Source of the DNA: Candidatus Zipacnadia bacterium | GTDB lineage: Bacteria > Armatimonadota > Zipacnadia > Zipacnadales > Zipacnadaceae | Length of the DNA: 16,866 nucleotides | Assembly: GCA_029821455.1 (NCBI GenBank) | Contig: JALGTI010000024.1 | Coordinates: 1 to 16,866, forward strand | Direction: 5' to 3' | Part shown: positions 8,521-16,697 of the stretch, piece after piece | Layout of the letters: each line of letters begins with the position of its first letter | How positions within the stretch are numbered: position 1 is the first letter of the stretch | The notes under the pieces: model-generated | The model's input: the letters and a program-made list of their open reading frames with translations, nothing else | Databases searched by the model: none | Told to the model about the DNA's origin: nothing | Program-made: the position numbers and the translations under genes

Positions 8521-10332
8521 TTATGCGGCCTTTTGCATGATGACTCTGTGCAACGTCTCGGCTATCTGGCTGATGCTGTACGGCTTGGCAACAACGCCAC
8601 TGAAGCCATATTCGCCGAAGTCGGCCATTATCGGATCATTGGAATAGCCGCTGGACACAATTGCCTTGACTTCGGGATCAATCTGTACAAGCTGCTGAAT
8701 AGTCTCTTTACCTCCAAGCCCGCCAGGAATGGTCAAGTCCATTATGACAGCATCGAAGGGCTGGCCACAATCTTTGGCTTTCCGATACAGCTCAACCGCC
8801 GTGGCGCCATCGGTGGCGGTTTCCGCCTCATAACCAAGTTCTCGGAGTATATCGCCGGCGACCTCGAGGACCAACTCCTCATCATCCATCAGTAGCACTC
8901 TGCCCTCCCCTGTGGGCACCTCATCCGCTTCCTTTGTTTTGACTTGAAGTTCGCCGGCGAAGGCGGGCACATAGATATGAAAGGTTGTTCCGACTCCCAT
9001 TTCGGATTCCACATCAATATAGCCGTCATGCTGCGCGATGATGGAATAGCTGGTGGTAAGCCCCAGGCCGCTGCCCTTTTGCTTGGTGGTGAAGTAGGGG
9101 TCGAATATCTTTGACAGGTGCTCTGGGGGGATGCCCACTCCCTCGTCTTGCACGGATATTCGCACATAGTCTCCGGCCGGCAGTGGCAGGCTGTCTTCGG
9201 CGCCAAGCGCGACATTCTCAGCCCGTACCCTGATTGTCCCACCTTCGGGCATCGCCTGGTCGGCATTGATAATCACGTTGTTGAGGACTTGATAGATTTG
9301 GCCTTTGTCAACTTGAGCCGGCCACAGGTCGTCCGCAATAGAAACGTCGCGCCTGACATTCGAGCCACTGAGAGCGAAGTTGGCCGCGTCCACGACTAAT
9401 TCCTCGGTAGAGGCGGTTTCTCTGATTGGCACACCACCTGTGGAAAAGGTGAGCAACTGCTGGGTCAGGTCTTTCGCCCTCGATGTAGCTTTCTCTGCCT
9501 CTGTCAACTTCTCTCCGATCTTACCGCCGGGCACTGCAAGCGTCTTTGCAAGTGTGATATTGCCCCAGATTGCGGTGAGGAGGTTGTTGAAGTCGTGGGC
9601 AATGCCGCCGGCAAGAATGCCGACCGAGTGAAGTTTCTGGGCCCTTTGATGCTCTTGCTCTGCCTTGCGTTGTTCAGTGACATCACGGAACACCAGGACC
9701 ACACCAATGACCTTGCTATCCTTATCGCGGACAGGCGCGCCGCTGTCTGCAATGACTCGCTCGGTGCCGTCTTTGGCCACCAGAACCGTATTGTTGGCAA
9801 GGCCAATCACTCCGCCCTCAGTCAATACCTTCTTGACAGGATCCTCGGCGGGCGCGCGGGTCTGTTCATTGACGATATGAAACACGTCAGCAAGCGGCTT
9901 GCCAATCGCCTCTTCCTGCCGCCAGCCGGTTAGCTCTTCGGCGATGCGATTCAGCAACACTACCTTGCCCTCCATATCAGTTGTGATCACGCCATCCCCG
10001 ATGCTGCGGAGGGTTACGCTGAGGCGCTCTCTTTCAGCAGCCAGCGCTTCCTCCGCTCGCCTGCGCCTCCCTACAATTATTGACATAAGTAGGCTAAAGG
10101 CAACAGAATATGCCAGCACCGCCAACCGGACATGGATCGCGTGTTTGGGCACACCAAGTGTCAGCAAGCTCCAAAACGAAACCTGATCATAGATAAACAG
10201 GTAGTCCACGAGGGCGCTAACTGGCCAAAACAGCAGACCAGTGGTAAGTGAAAACAGGATAACTTTCTCTTCAGCTTTCATAACCCATCCGCCGTCGCCT
10301 GTGCTATGTTCCTCGTACAATGATTTCGGCAA
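8521..10332 (-). CDS. Membrane-bound hybrid sensor histidine kinase: N-terminal TM helices, PAS, HisKA/HATPase, C-terminal receiver domain
   Basis: The N-terminus has TM segments (VILFSLTTGLLFWPVSALVDYLFIY, etc.). The PAS block is ITTDMEGKVVLLNRIAEELTGW. The H-box is IAHDFNNLL, followed by N/G boxes in the ATPase region. The receiver carries RVLLMDDEEL...DAVIMDLTIPGG. The maximal ORF starts with TTG at 10332. An in-frame ATG at 10281 (MKAEEK..., immediately before the first TM helix) is a plausible alternative start. Confidence 0.85.
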   Translation of the reverse strand: MPKSLYEEHSTGDGGWVMKAEEKVILFSLTTGLLFWPVSALVDYLFIYDQVSFWSLLTLGVPKHAIHVRLAVLAYSVAFSLLMSIIVGRRRRAEEALAAERERLSVTLRSIGDGVITTDMEGKVVLLNRIAEELTGWRQEEAIGKPLADVFHIVNEQTRAPAEDPVKKVLTEGGVIGLANNTVLVAKDGTERVIADSGAPVRDKDSKVIGVVLVFRDVTEQRKAEQEHQRAQKLHSVGILAGGIAHDFNNLLTAIWGNITLAKTLAVPGGKIGEKLTEAEKATSRAKDLTQQLLTFSTGGVPIRETASTEELVVDAANFALSGSNVRRDVSIADDLWPAQVDKGQIYQVLNNVIINADQAMPEGGTIRVRAENVALGAEDSLPLPAGDYVRISVQDEGVGIPPEHLSKIFDPYFTTKQKGSGLGLTTSYSIIAQHDGYIDVESEMGVGTTFHIYVPAFAGELQVKTKEADEVPTGEGRVLLMDDEELVLEVAGDILRELGYEAETATDGATAVELYRKAKDCGQPFDAVIMDLTIPGGLGGKETIQQLVQIDPEVKAIVSSGYSNDPIMADFGEYGFSGVVAKPYSISQIAETLHRVIMQKAA

Positions 10333-10549
10333 GCTGTTGTCACAACTTTACCAATGCGTATCCTCAACTTGTCCCCCGGGGTAGCTTTGACGACGAAGGG
10401 ACGTTAAGTGTGGACGCCGGAGCCAGTAACCCGGCCGGCAGGTAGCACTGCCGTGCCTGCGAGGCGGCACGTGACATAGAGCATCGGAGTTGGTGAATCA
10501 CTCAATGCTTGAAGCGGGCGCGAGAATATCAATAGGCTTGGATGACGCG

Positions 10550-11869
10550 TTAGTTGTCCAGTTGCGCACTCTCTATGCGTTCACGCTGGGCCTTGGTCGG
10601 CGGGACATCGCCGTACAGCAGCGCGTCGTTAGTCTCTTCCATCCAGGTCTGGACGCGGCGCCGTAGCTCCTGGGCGATGTCGGCATAAGCTGGATCATCA
10701 ATCACGTTATTCTGCTCCAGGGGGTCAGCTAGCAGGTCATAGAGTTCTTCTGCGGGGCGTTGTGTTCCATAGAACTCAGCGCGCAGCTCTTGCCCGGAGG
10801 GAGACACATAAATGTCGGCAGGTAGATAGACAAGTGGCCGATTGCCGAAGTTGCGGATGTACTTGTGGGTCCTGGTGCGGATGCAGCGCATCGGGTTATA
10901 CTTGTCGTGCCAGGTCATCTCTGCGTAGATGTCGTCGCGTGCCTGATACTCACGGCTCTCGAGCAGTGGCAGGAAGCTACGGCCTTCCACCTCATCCGGC
11001 GTCTTGGCTCCTACGAGGTCAAGGATTGTGGGGAGGAAGTCGCAGTTAGTGATGAGTGCATTGTGGCGCACACCGCCCTCAAAGTGACCCGGCCAGCGCA
11101 TTATGAATGTTGTCTTGAGGCCGGGGTCGTAACAGGTGCCCTTGGCGCGCGGCATCGCGATGCCGTGGTCGGTGGTGAAGATGAAAACGGTGTTGTCTGC
11201 CAGGCCAGTGCGCTCCAGCGTCTCCCTGATGATGCCTACGCACTCATCCACACGGAAGATCAGCCCGTGCAGGCCGGCGATCTCCGCACGGATGGCCGGA
11301 GTATCTGGGAGGTAGGGGAGAGGCTGCACCTTCTCCGGGTTGTCCTTGTCGTAACCCTCCTGGTCATAGGGCCGGTGTGGCTCGGTAAAGCCAACTGAAG
11401 CAAAGAATGGCTTATCCCCCGACACTTGCGCTTGCTGCTCCAGAAATGTGACGAGCAGTTCGGTGGCGCCACGCGCATCTCTTCTGCTCTCGTCAACGTG
11501 TTGATAGCCCAATCGCGGCGCTTCGTTATGCTCGTGCTGGAGGCCGAAGAGGTAGGTACAGTAGCCGGCTGTATTCAAATACATCGGCAGCGTGACTTCC
11601 TGCGCACCTATCTCCCAGCCGAGGTGGGCCAGGCCGACCAGACCATTGTTGTGCGGATAGCGGCCGGTCATAATGCTGCCGCGACTGGGTGAGCACTGGG
11701 CTGCCGTGCAGAAGTGGTTAGTGAACAGGACCCCATCCTCAGCCAGGCCATCTATCTGGGGAGTTTCAATTGTCGTGCCCAGGCAGCCCACGTGCTGGCC
11801 CAGGTCGTGGCAGATCACCATCACAATGTTGGGGCGCGAGCCTGCACTACTGCTGCTATCAGTTGCCAT
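10550..11869 (-). CDS. Cys-type sulfatase (arylsulfatase/GlcNAc-6-sulfatase-like), no signal peptide
   Basis: Carries the sulfatase signature CSPSRGSIMTGRYPHNNG (the C-x-P-x-R formylglycine motif). Metal-binding N-terminus: NIVMVICHDLGQH. A strong GGAGG RBS sits 7 nt upstream of the ATG at 11869 (minus strand). The N-terminus MATDSSSSAGSRPNIV has no hydrophobic signal peptide. Confidence 0.9.
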   Translation of the reverse strand: MATDSSSSAGSRPNIVMVICHDLGQHVGCLGTTIETPQIDGLAEDGVLFTNHFCTAAQCSPSRGSIMTGRYPHNNGLVGLAHLGWEIGAQEVTLPMYLNTAGYCTYLFGLQHEHNEAPRLGYQHVDESRRDARGATELLVTFLEQQAQVSGDKPFFASVGFTEPHRPYDQEGYDKDNPEKVQPLPYLPDTPAIRAEIAGLHGLIFRVDECVGIIRETLERTGLADNTVFIFTTDHGIAMPRAKGTCYDPGLKTTFIMRWPGHFEGGVRHNALITNCDFLPTILDLVGAKTPDEVEGRSFLPLLESREYQARDDIYAEMTWHDKYNPMRCIRTRTHKYIRNFGNRPLVYLPADIYVSPSGQELRAEFYGTQRPAEELYDLLADPLEQNNVIDDPAYADIAQELRRRVQTWMEETNDALLYGDVPPTKAQRERIESAQLDN

Positions 11870-12089
11870 CCAAAGGCCTCCTCAGGTTAACGGAGTAAAT
11901 GTAGGCGATCACTTCTTCGTCCGTTCTGCTCTACCTCCACGGTTTGCCCAGCTCAGTATCCACGAGTAAAGCTTCCCGGGCAGTCTCACAGGACAGACGA
12001 AGGAGCAGCTCATGAGATGGCGCATATCGGATGCTCAAGTAGCCATTCCAGCCCAGGTTTTGCCCCTTTGATACAGACAATCTGGATCT

Positions 12090-12123
12090 TAGAGTAGCTA
12101 TTTCAACACAAATGTGTTATAAT
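12090..12123 (+). promoter_or_regulatory. Putative promoter with extended -10 (TGTTATAAT, 12115-12123) for the cold-shock gene. It is followed by a ~135-nt 5' UTR (12130..12265) containing the hairpin GCTTCGG...CCGAAG.
   Basis: TGnTATAAT is read directly, with a weak -35 (TAGCTA) 17 nt upstream. Long structured 5' UTRs are a hallmark of cspA-type genes. Confidence 0.4.
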
Positions 12124-12265
12124 TATCTGGCTTCGGTGCTTTTGATGGATGCCGAAGTGGTGTACTCAAAGCTAGAGGTCTCGGTTGCCAGCTTATTCCG
12201 TAGACGTGCCTCTAACAAGCAGGGCTGTGACTAGCTAGCCAACACTAACAAAGGAGGTGCGTCTA

Positions 12266-12469
12266 ATGCCTGCAGGCAAAATCAAGTGGTTCAACGACAG
12301 CAAGGGCTATGGCTTCATCGAAGTCGAGGGCGGCGAAGATGTGTTTGTGCATTTCTCTGCCATCGCCGGTGAAGGCTACCGCACACTGAACGAGGGCGAC
12401 AACGTCGAGTTCGACATTGTCGAGGACTCCAAGGGCCCTCGTGCAGAGAATGTTAAGGTCATGGGGTAA
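12266..12469 (+). CDS. cspA: Cold-shock protein (CspA family, OB-fold nucleic-acid-binding)
   Basis: Contains [14 protein letters not shown] (RNP1 motif) and VFVHFSAI (RNP2 motif). The AAGGAGG RBS is 8 nt upstream of the ATG at 12266. The ORF tool's upstream GTG at 12257 overlaps the SD and was rejected. Confidence 0.9.
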   Translation: MPAGKIKWFNDSKGYGFIEVEGGEDVFVHFSAIAGEGYRTLNEGDNVEFDIVEDSKGPRAENVKVMG

Positions 12470-12496
12470 TTCCGACTTAGCTTCTCAGTAACACAA

Positions 12497-12525
12497 GCCC
12501 CGCTGCCATCTGCAGCGGGGCTTGG
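12497..12525 (+). terminator. Possible intrinsic terminator / stabilising hairpin after the csp gene: GCCCCGCTGC-catct-GCAGCGGGGC followed by TTGG
   Basis: A perfect 10-bp GC-rich inverted repeat lies 28 nt after the stop. The U-tract is weak (cttggcatatctt). Confidence 0.4.
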
Positions 12526-12588
12526 CATATCTTGGGACGATCATTGACTTCAAATTGCCTCTTGATTCTGAATGGAAAGGAGTCTTCA

Positions 12589-13329
12589 ATGATCATTGAC
12601 TCCCACGTTCATCTCAAGCATGGAGATGTCGAGGGTACGGAGTATGCAGCGGGGACGATCGTGGAGATTATGGACGCTGTGGACATTGGCAAGTCTGTCG
12701 TATTTGCTATATCAACGACGACAAAGCATTCCATTGAGATGGCGCAAGAGGCGGCCAGTGAATTCCCCGACAGACTGATACCGTATGCCAATGTTGAACC
12801 CAGCTACGGCCGGCCTGCTCTGGAGCAGATTGATGAGGCTATCTCAGAGCTTGGGTTTCGGGGAATGAAGATACACCTGGGCTATGGCGTGCCGCCCCTG
12901 GAGGCAATGAAACCATTCCTGGAACTGGCCGGCAGGCACGCAGTTCCATGCCTGATTGACTGCAAGGGGATGGCGGACTACGTCGGGGGTATGGCAAGGG
13001 CATGTCCGCGAACGAAGATAATCGTCGCTCATCTGGGGCAGTATCTTTGTGAAGATGAAGCCCTGATTGACCGCTTCATCGCTTTGGCACAGGCCCACGA
13101 CAATATCTTTCTGGATGTCAGCGGGGTCGTCATTCCTGGTAAGATCAAGGAAGCAGTCCAGCGTCTTGGCGCCGGGAGGGTCTTCTTTGGTACTGATGGG
13201 CCGCATCCAGCGCCCGACCTGGTCACGTTCGCTCGCACCGAACTCGATAAGATTCGAGGGTTGGCCTTGCGCCCGGATGACGAGGCGGCAGTTTTGGGCG
13301 GAGCGCTCGCGGAACTGCTGTGTATCTGA
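12589..13329 (+). CDS. Amidohydrolase-2 family metal-dependent TIM-barrel hydrolase (COG2159-like)
   Basis: The start is at the ATG at 12589, preceded by an AAAGGAG RBS. The sequence begins MIIDSHVHL (metal-binding HxH) and contains later conserved His/Asp blocks (KIHLGYG; VAHLGQ; FFGTDGPH). Confidence 0.8.
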   Translation: MIIDSHVHLKHGDVEGTEYAAGTIVEIMDAVDIGKSVVFAISTTTKHSIEMAQEAASEFPDRLIPYANVEPSYGRPALEQIDEAISELGFRGMKIHLGYGVPPLEAMKPFLELAGRHAVPCLIDCKGMADYVGGMARACPRTKIIVAHLGQYLCEDEALIDRFIALAQAHDNIFLDVSGVVIPGKIKEAVQRLGAGRVFFGTDGPHPAPDLVTFARTELDKIRGLALRPDDEAAVLGGALAELLCI

Positions 13330-13356
13330 GTTCCATCCATGTTGGCAGCCCCGTGC

Positions 13357-13386
13357 TTGACACCACTTGGCGCGATTGGCTATAAT
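13357..13386 (+). promoter_or_regulatory. Near-perfect sigma70 promoter: TTGACA (13357-13362), 18-nt spacer, TATAAT (13381-13386), upstream of the S1-domain gene
   Basis: Both hexamers are consensus and are read directly. They sit in the intergenic region 83 nt upstream of the ATG at 13469. A GGAGG RBS is at 13453-13457. Confidence 0.5.
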
Positions 13387-13468
13387 CCGACCTGTCTGAC
13401 GGCAGCAGCTGCCCAAGCGTGGCCGTCTATCTTCGGTTCAGTTCACTAGAGCGGAGGCCATCTAGATT

Positions 13469-13852
13469 ATGCCGGCCAATCCCGGCGAGATAGTAGACGG
13501 AAAGGTCATCAAGCTACTCAAGTATGGTGCCATCGTGGAACTGGAAGAAGGTGAGTCAGGGCTGGTGCACATCTCTGAGATAGCGAATGAATACGTGCGC
13601 GATGTCGCCGAGTACTTGCGCGAAGGGGACCAGGTGACGGTGAAAGTACTGGCCTCCAAGGAACCGGGGCGGTTTGAACTGTCAATCAAGCAGGCCAGTC
13701 CCGGAGGGGTTGGCGCAGGTGTGGCGGCACCCCGGGCGCGGCGCTCTGTGAACGAATCGTTTGAACGACGCCTTGACAGTTTTATGAAAAAGAGCAATCA
13801 ATTGCAGAACGAGCGAAGGCGGGGACGCGAGTCGCGGCGGCGCCGCGGATAG
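13469..13852 (+). CDS. S1 RNA-binding domain protein (general stress protein 13 / YugI-like) with an Arg-rich C-terminal tail
   Basis: The sequence GEIVDGKVIKLLKYGAIVELEEGESGLVHISEIANEYVRDVAEYLREGDQVTVKVLA is a canonical S1 fold signature. The C-terminus is NERRRGRESRRRRG. Confidence 0.85.
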   Translation: MPANPGEIVDGKVIKLLKYGAIVELEEGESGLVHISEIANEYVRDVAEYLREGDQVTVKVLASKEPGRFELSIKQASPGGVGAGVAAPRARRSVNESFERRLDSFMKKSNQLQNERRRGRESRRRRG

Positions 13853-13943
13853 CAGACATGCATCCTCGGTCAAACACTGAGTACATATTGAGCCTCGTAG
13901 CGATACTCAGATTTGAACTGCCTTGCAGGAGGACAGGTAGGAA

Positions 13944-15641
13944 ATGCGTGATGGTGTAAGCCCCGAGGATCCGACTCAACTGCGCAAAGAACTCGAACGC
14001 TATCGTCTAGTTGTCACCGAGCTGCAAGGGAGGATTCAAGCGCTTGAGGGCGACCTGCAGACGGCCACCACTATGGCCGAGATGCCCCAGGTGGTAGTGA
14101 CGCAGCCGGAGTTACGCCAGACGCTATCGCGCCTGATCAATAAGGTCGCGATGATAGTGCAGTCCGAGAAGGTCCTCACACTGTTGTATCAAGCCGAGGC
14201 CGGCAAGCTGTCGGTACTGCCGCCGACATTGGGGGTCGGGGAGGAGCAGGCTGCGGAACTGCAGATCACCCCCGATCAGGGCGTGACGGGGTTGGTCTAT
14301 CGGACGGGCGAGTCAGCCATTTTCAATAACGCCGTTGAGGATCCACGAACTCTGAAAACCAAGATTGCGCTGCTGGGCGTTCGCAATGGTATCTGTGTGC
14401 CTCTGAAGATCAAGCAACGGGATGAAACAGAGCGCATCGTGCAAGAACGTATCATCGGCGTTATGCACGTGTTCAACAAGCGCTACGAGCAGGAGTTTAA
14501 TGACGACGACGTCCGGCTGCTGGAGATGCTGGCCGAGCAGGCGGCGGCGGTCGTCTCTAACGCCCAGCTCTACATCCAATTGACTGAGGAAAAGGAGAGA
14601 CTGGAAGAGACATTTGAGAGCATACACGCCGGCGTCATCGTTGTCAGCAACCAGGGCACGATACGCTTGATTAATTCTGCTGCCTGCCAGATGCTGGGAC
14701 TTCCGGCCGACGGATATGACGGCCGCTCGCTTGACGAAGTCATTCATCTTGAGAGTGTTCGCAGCCTATTGGATGAGAGCCTGCACGAAGGCGTTGAGGC
14801 CTCACGTGAGCTGGACATTCCGGGCACAGAACGTATTTACAAGGCCGAGACCAGCCTGATGGCCGGCGACAACGGCCAACTGCAGAATGTCGTTGCTATC
14901 TTCAATGATATCACCGAAATCCGTCAGGTTGAGCGGATGAAGACTGCCTTTGTCTCCACTGTTTCCCACGAGTTGCGCACGCCACTGACATCCATTAAGG
15001 GTTTTGTCGCCACGCTGCTGGACGATACGGAGGATGCCTACGACGCGGAGATGCGCCATGAGTTCTATGAGATAATCAATCAGGAATGTGACCGCCTCAC
15101 GCGGCTCATAAGTGACCTGCTCAACATATCGCGCATCGAGTCCGGCCGGGCCCTGGATATGCAACTATCAACAGTGGATCTGCATGGGGTCGCCAACCGC
15201 GTACTGACCACCCAGCAGCAATACACTGACAGACACCAACTGGTCAACGCTGTGCCCGAGGGCTTTCCTTCGATTATTGCCGACGCTGACAAGGTGGTCC
15301 AGATACTTGATAACCTGGTCGGCAATGCTGTGAAGTACTCACCCAACGGTGGCGTGGTGACCATCGCGGCCGAGGATGACGGTGAAATGGTGCGCTTGGA
15401 TGTCACCGACGAAGGACTGGGCATTCCTGAGCGCCACCAAGACCAGGTATTCCAGCGCTTCCATATGGTGGATGATGATGTTAATCACAAGGCTGTCAAG
15501 GGCACTGGCATTGGCTTGTACCTCGTCAAGCACCTCGCCCAGGCGCACGGCGGTGACGCATGGCTGGCACGGAGCGAGGTGGACAAAGGTTCGACTTTTA
15601 GCGTGAGCCTGCCCAAGGAGGCCACCGAGGCGGCCCGCTAG
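13944..15641 (+). CDS. Cytoplasmic sensor histidine kinase: coiled coil, GAF, PAS, HisKA, HATPase. No TM helices and no adjacent response regulator.
   Basis: H-box FVSTVSHELRTPLTSIKGF; N-box LDNLVGNAVKYSP; G-boxes DEGLGIP and GTGIGLYLVKHL. A GAF-like block spans residues ~50-200 and a PAS-like block follows it. AGGAGG lies upstream of the ATG at 13944. Confidence 0.9.
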   Translation: MRDGVSPEDPTQLRKELERYRLVVTELQGRIQALEGDLQTATTMAEMPQVVVTQPELRQTLSRLINKVAMIVQSEKVLTLLYQAEAGKLSVLPPTLGVGEEQAAELQITPDQGVTGLVYRTGESAIFNNAVEDPRTLKTKIALLGVRNGICVPLKIKQRDETERIVQERIIGVMHVFNKRYEQEFNDDDVRLLEMLAEQAAAVVSNAQLYIQLTEEKERLEETFESIHAGVIVVSNQGTIRLINSAACQMLGLPADGYDGRSLDEVIHLESVRSLLDESLHEGVEASRELDIPGTERIYKAETSLMAGDNGQLQNVVAIFNDITEIRQVERMKTAFVSTVSHELRTPLTSIKGFVATLLDDTEDAYDAEMRHEFYEIINQECDRLTRLISDLLNISRIESGRALDMQLSTVDLHGVANRVLTTQQQYTDRHQLVNAVPEGFPSIIADADKVVQILDNLVGNAVKYSPNGGVVTIAAEDDGEMVRLDVTDEGLGIPERHQDQVFQRFHMVDDDVNHKAVKGTGIGLYLVKHLAQAHGGDAWLARSEVDKGSTFSVSLPKEATEAAR

Positions 15642-15683
15642 TCAGCACTGGTTGACGACTCGCAGGGGCTAACAGTGAAGAGT

Positions 15684-15713
15684 GGGGCCTCCTGCCGTGC
15701 AGGGGGCCTTTTT
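15684..15713 (+). terminator. Rho-independent terminator after the histidine kinase gene: GGGGCCTCCTG-ccgtg-CAGGGGGCC + TTTTT
   Basis: A 9-11 bp GC-rich stem (one G-U wobble), a 5-nt loop and a five-T run are read directly 43 nt after the HK stop codon. Confidence 0.7.
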
Positions 15714-15741
15714 CGTGGGAAACGGTACGAAAGGGAATCAG

Positions 15742-16179
15742 ATGCGCATCGGAATCGGAAATGATCACGCAGGCTGCAGCCTGCGGCAACCGGTAATTGA
15801 TCTGCTGAACGAACTGGGCCACGAGGTAGTGGACTTTGGGGCAGACAGCCCTGAACCAATTGACTACCCTGACGTGGCGGTCGAGGTGGCCAGGGCAGTC
15901 GCCGCTGGCGATGTAGATCTGGGCATTCTGATCTGCGGCACGGGCATCGGCATGTCTATGAGCGCCGACAAGGTAGCCGGGGTCTATGCGGCGGCGTGCA
16001 GCGACTGTTTCAGTGCGCGCCTCGCCCGCGAGCATACTGGCGCCAACGTTCTGTGTATAGGCGGAAGAGTCGTGGGACCGGGACTGGCGCAGGAGCTCGT
16101 CACCGCGTTTCTGAACACACAACCATCCTCGGAAGACCGCCACGTTCGCAGACGCCAAAAGATGTCCGACATTTGCTAG
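15742..16179 (+). CDS. rpiB: Ribose-5-phosphate isomerase B (RpiB/LacAB family)
   Basis: [11 protein letters not shown]...DYPD...[17 protein letters not shown]...[12 protein letters not shown] matches RpiB. The start is the ATG at 15742, downstream of the terminator. The ORF tool's N-terminal extension from 15682 overlaps the terminator and was rejected. Confidence 0.85.
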   Translation: MRIGIGNDHAGCSLRQPVIDLLNELGHEVVDFGADSPEPIDYPDVAVEVARAVAAGDVDLGILICGTGIGMSMSADKVAGVYAAACSDCFSARLAREHTGANVLCIGGRVVGPGLAQELVTAFLNTQPSSEDRHVRRRQKMSDIC

Positions 16180-16193
16180 GCTTACGTGGGTGT

Positions 16194-16697
16194 ATGGCGA
16201 TGGCAACAGACACTGCGAACCAAGACTTGCGTCCGCCCTGGGATGCCTATTTTATGGAGATCTGCCATGTGGTGGCCAAGCGCTCCACCTGCTTACGGCG
16301 TCAGGTGGGAGCGATCCTGGTCGCTGACCGCCGTATCCTGGCAACTGGCTACAACGGCGCGCCCAAGGGTTTGCCTCACTGTGCTGAACTGGGAGGCTGC
16401 TACCGCGAGAAGCTGGGGATCCCATCAGGGGAGCGCCAGGAACTGTGCCGAGGGCTTCACGCCGAGCAGAACGCCATCATCCAGGCGGCCGTCCACGGAG
16501 TGAGGTTGGTGGATGTCACCTGCTATAGCACCATTCAGCCCTGTGTCACCTGCGCTAAGATGCTGATCAACGCTGACGTGCGCAGGATTGTCTTTGAGGG
16601 TGACTACCCGGATGAGCTAGCTCTGGCGCTGCTGAACGAGGCGGGTGTGGAGCTAGTGCAGTGGCGGGCTGAGAACGAGGTGAGTGGACAGTCGTGA
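16194..16697 (+). CDS. dCMP (deoxycytidylate) deaminase, cytidine/deoxycytidylate deaminase zinc-binding family
   Basis: Contains HAEQNAI and [10 protein letters not shown] (the H-x-E ... P-C-x-x-C zinc ligands). The start is at ATG 16194, 14 nt after the rpiB stop. The longer frame from 15996 overlaps rpiB and was rejected. Confidence 0.85.
   Translation: MAMATDTANQDLRPPWDAYFMEICHVVAKRSTCLRRQVGAILVADRRILATGYNGAPKGLPHCAELGGCYREKLGIPSGERQELCRGLHAEQNAIIQAAVHGVRLVDVTCYSTIQPCVTCAKMLINADVRRIVFEGDYPDELALALLNEAGVELVQWRAENEVSGQS

Noticed and set aside
8521-10332. TTG-initiated N-terminal extension of the hybrid HK (MPKSLYEEHSTGDGGWV)
   Set aside because: It is not rejected outright. The ATG at 10281 directly precedes the first TM helix and may be the true start. 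The longest ORF is kept in the feature table with this caveat.
10437-10471. Two adjacent short GC hairpins (GGCAG-gtagca-CTGCC; CGTGCC-tgcgaggc-GGCACG) between the sulfatase and hybrid HK genes
   Set aside because: No U/T tract lies on either strand, and the stems are only 5-6 bp. They are not a credible intrinsic terminator. They might still be an RNA processing site or a binding site.
13877-13910. Inverted repeat CTGAGTA ... TACTCAG between the S1 gene and the HK gene
   Set aside because: The stem is 7 bp with a 20-nt loop and no T-run. It is unlikely to be a terminator, and the genes are probably co-transcribed or share read-through.
15682-15741. N-terminal extension of rpiB proposed by the ORF tool (MGPPAVQGAFFVGNGTKGNQ)
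   Set aside because: It overlaps the intrinsic terminator at 15684-15713. The conserved RpiB N-terminus starts at [11 protein letters not shown] (ATG at 15742).
15996-16193. N-terminal extension of the dCMP deaminase ORF
   Set aside because: It overlaps the 3' end of rpiB in another frame. The deaminase fold begins after the ATG at 16194, just past the rpiB stop.
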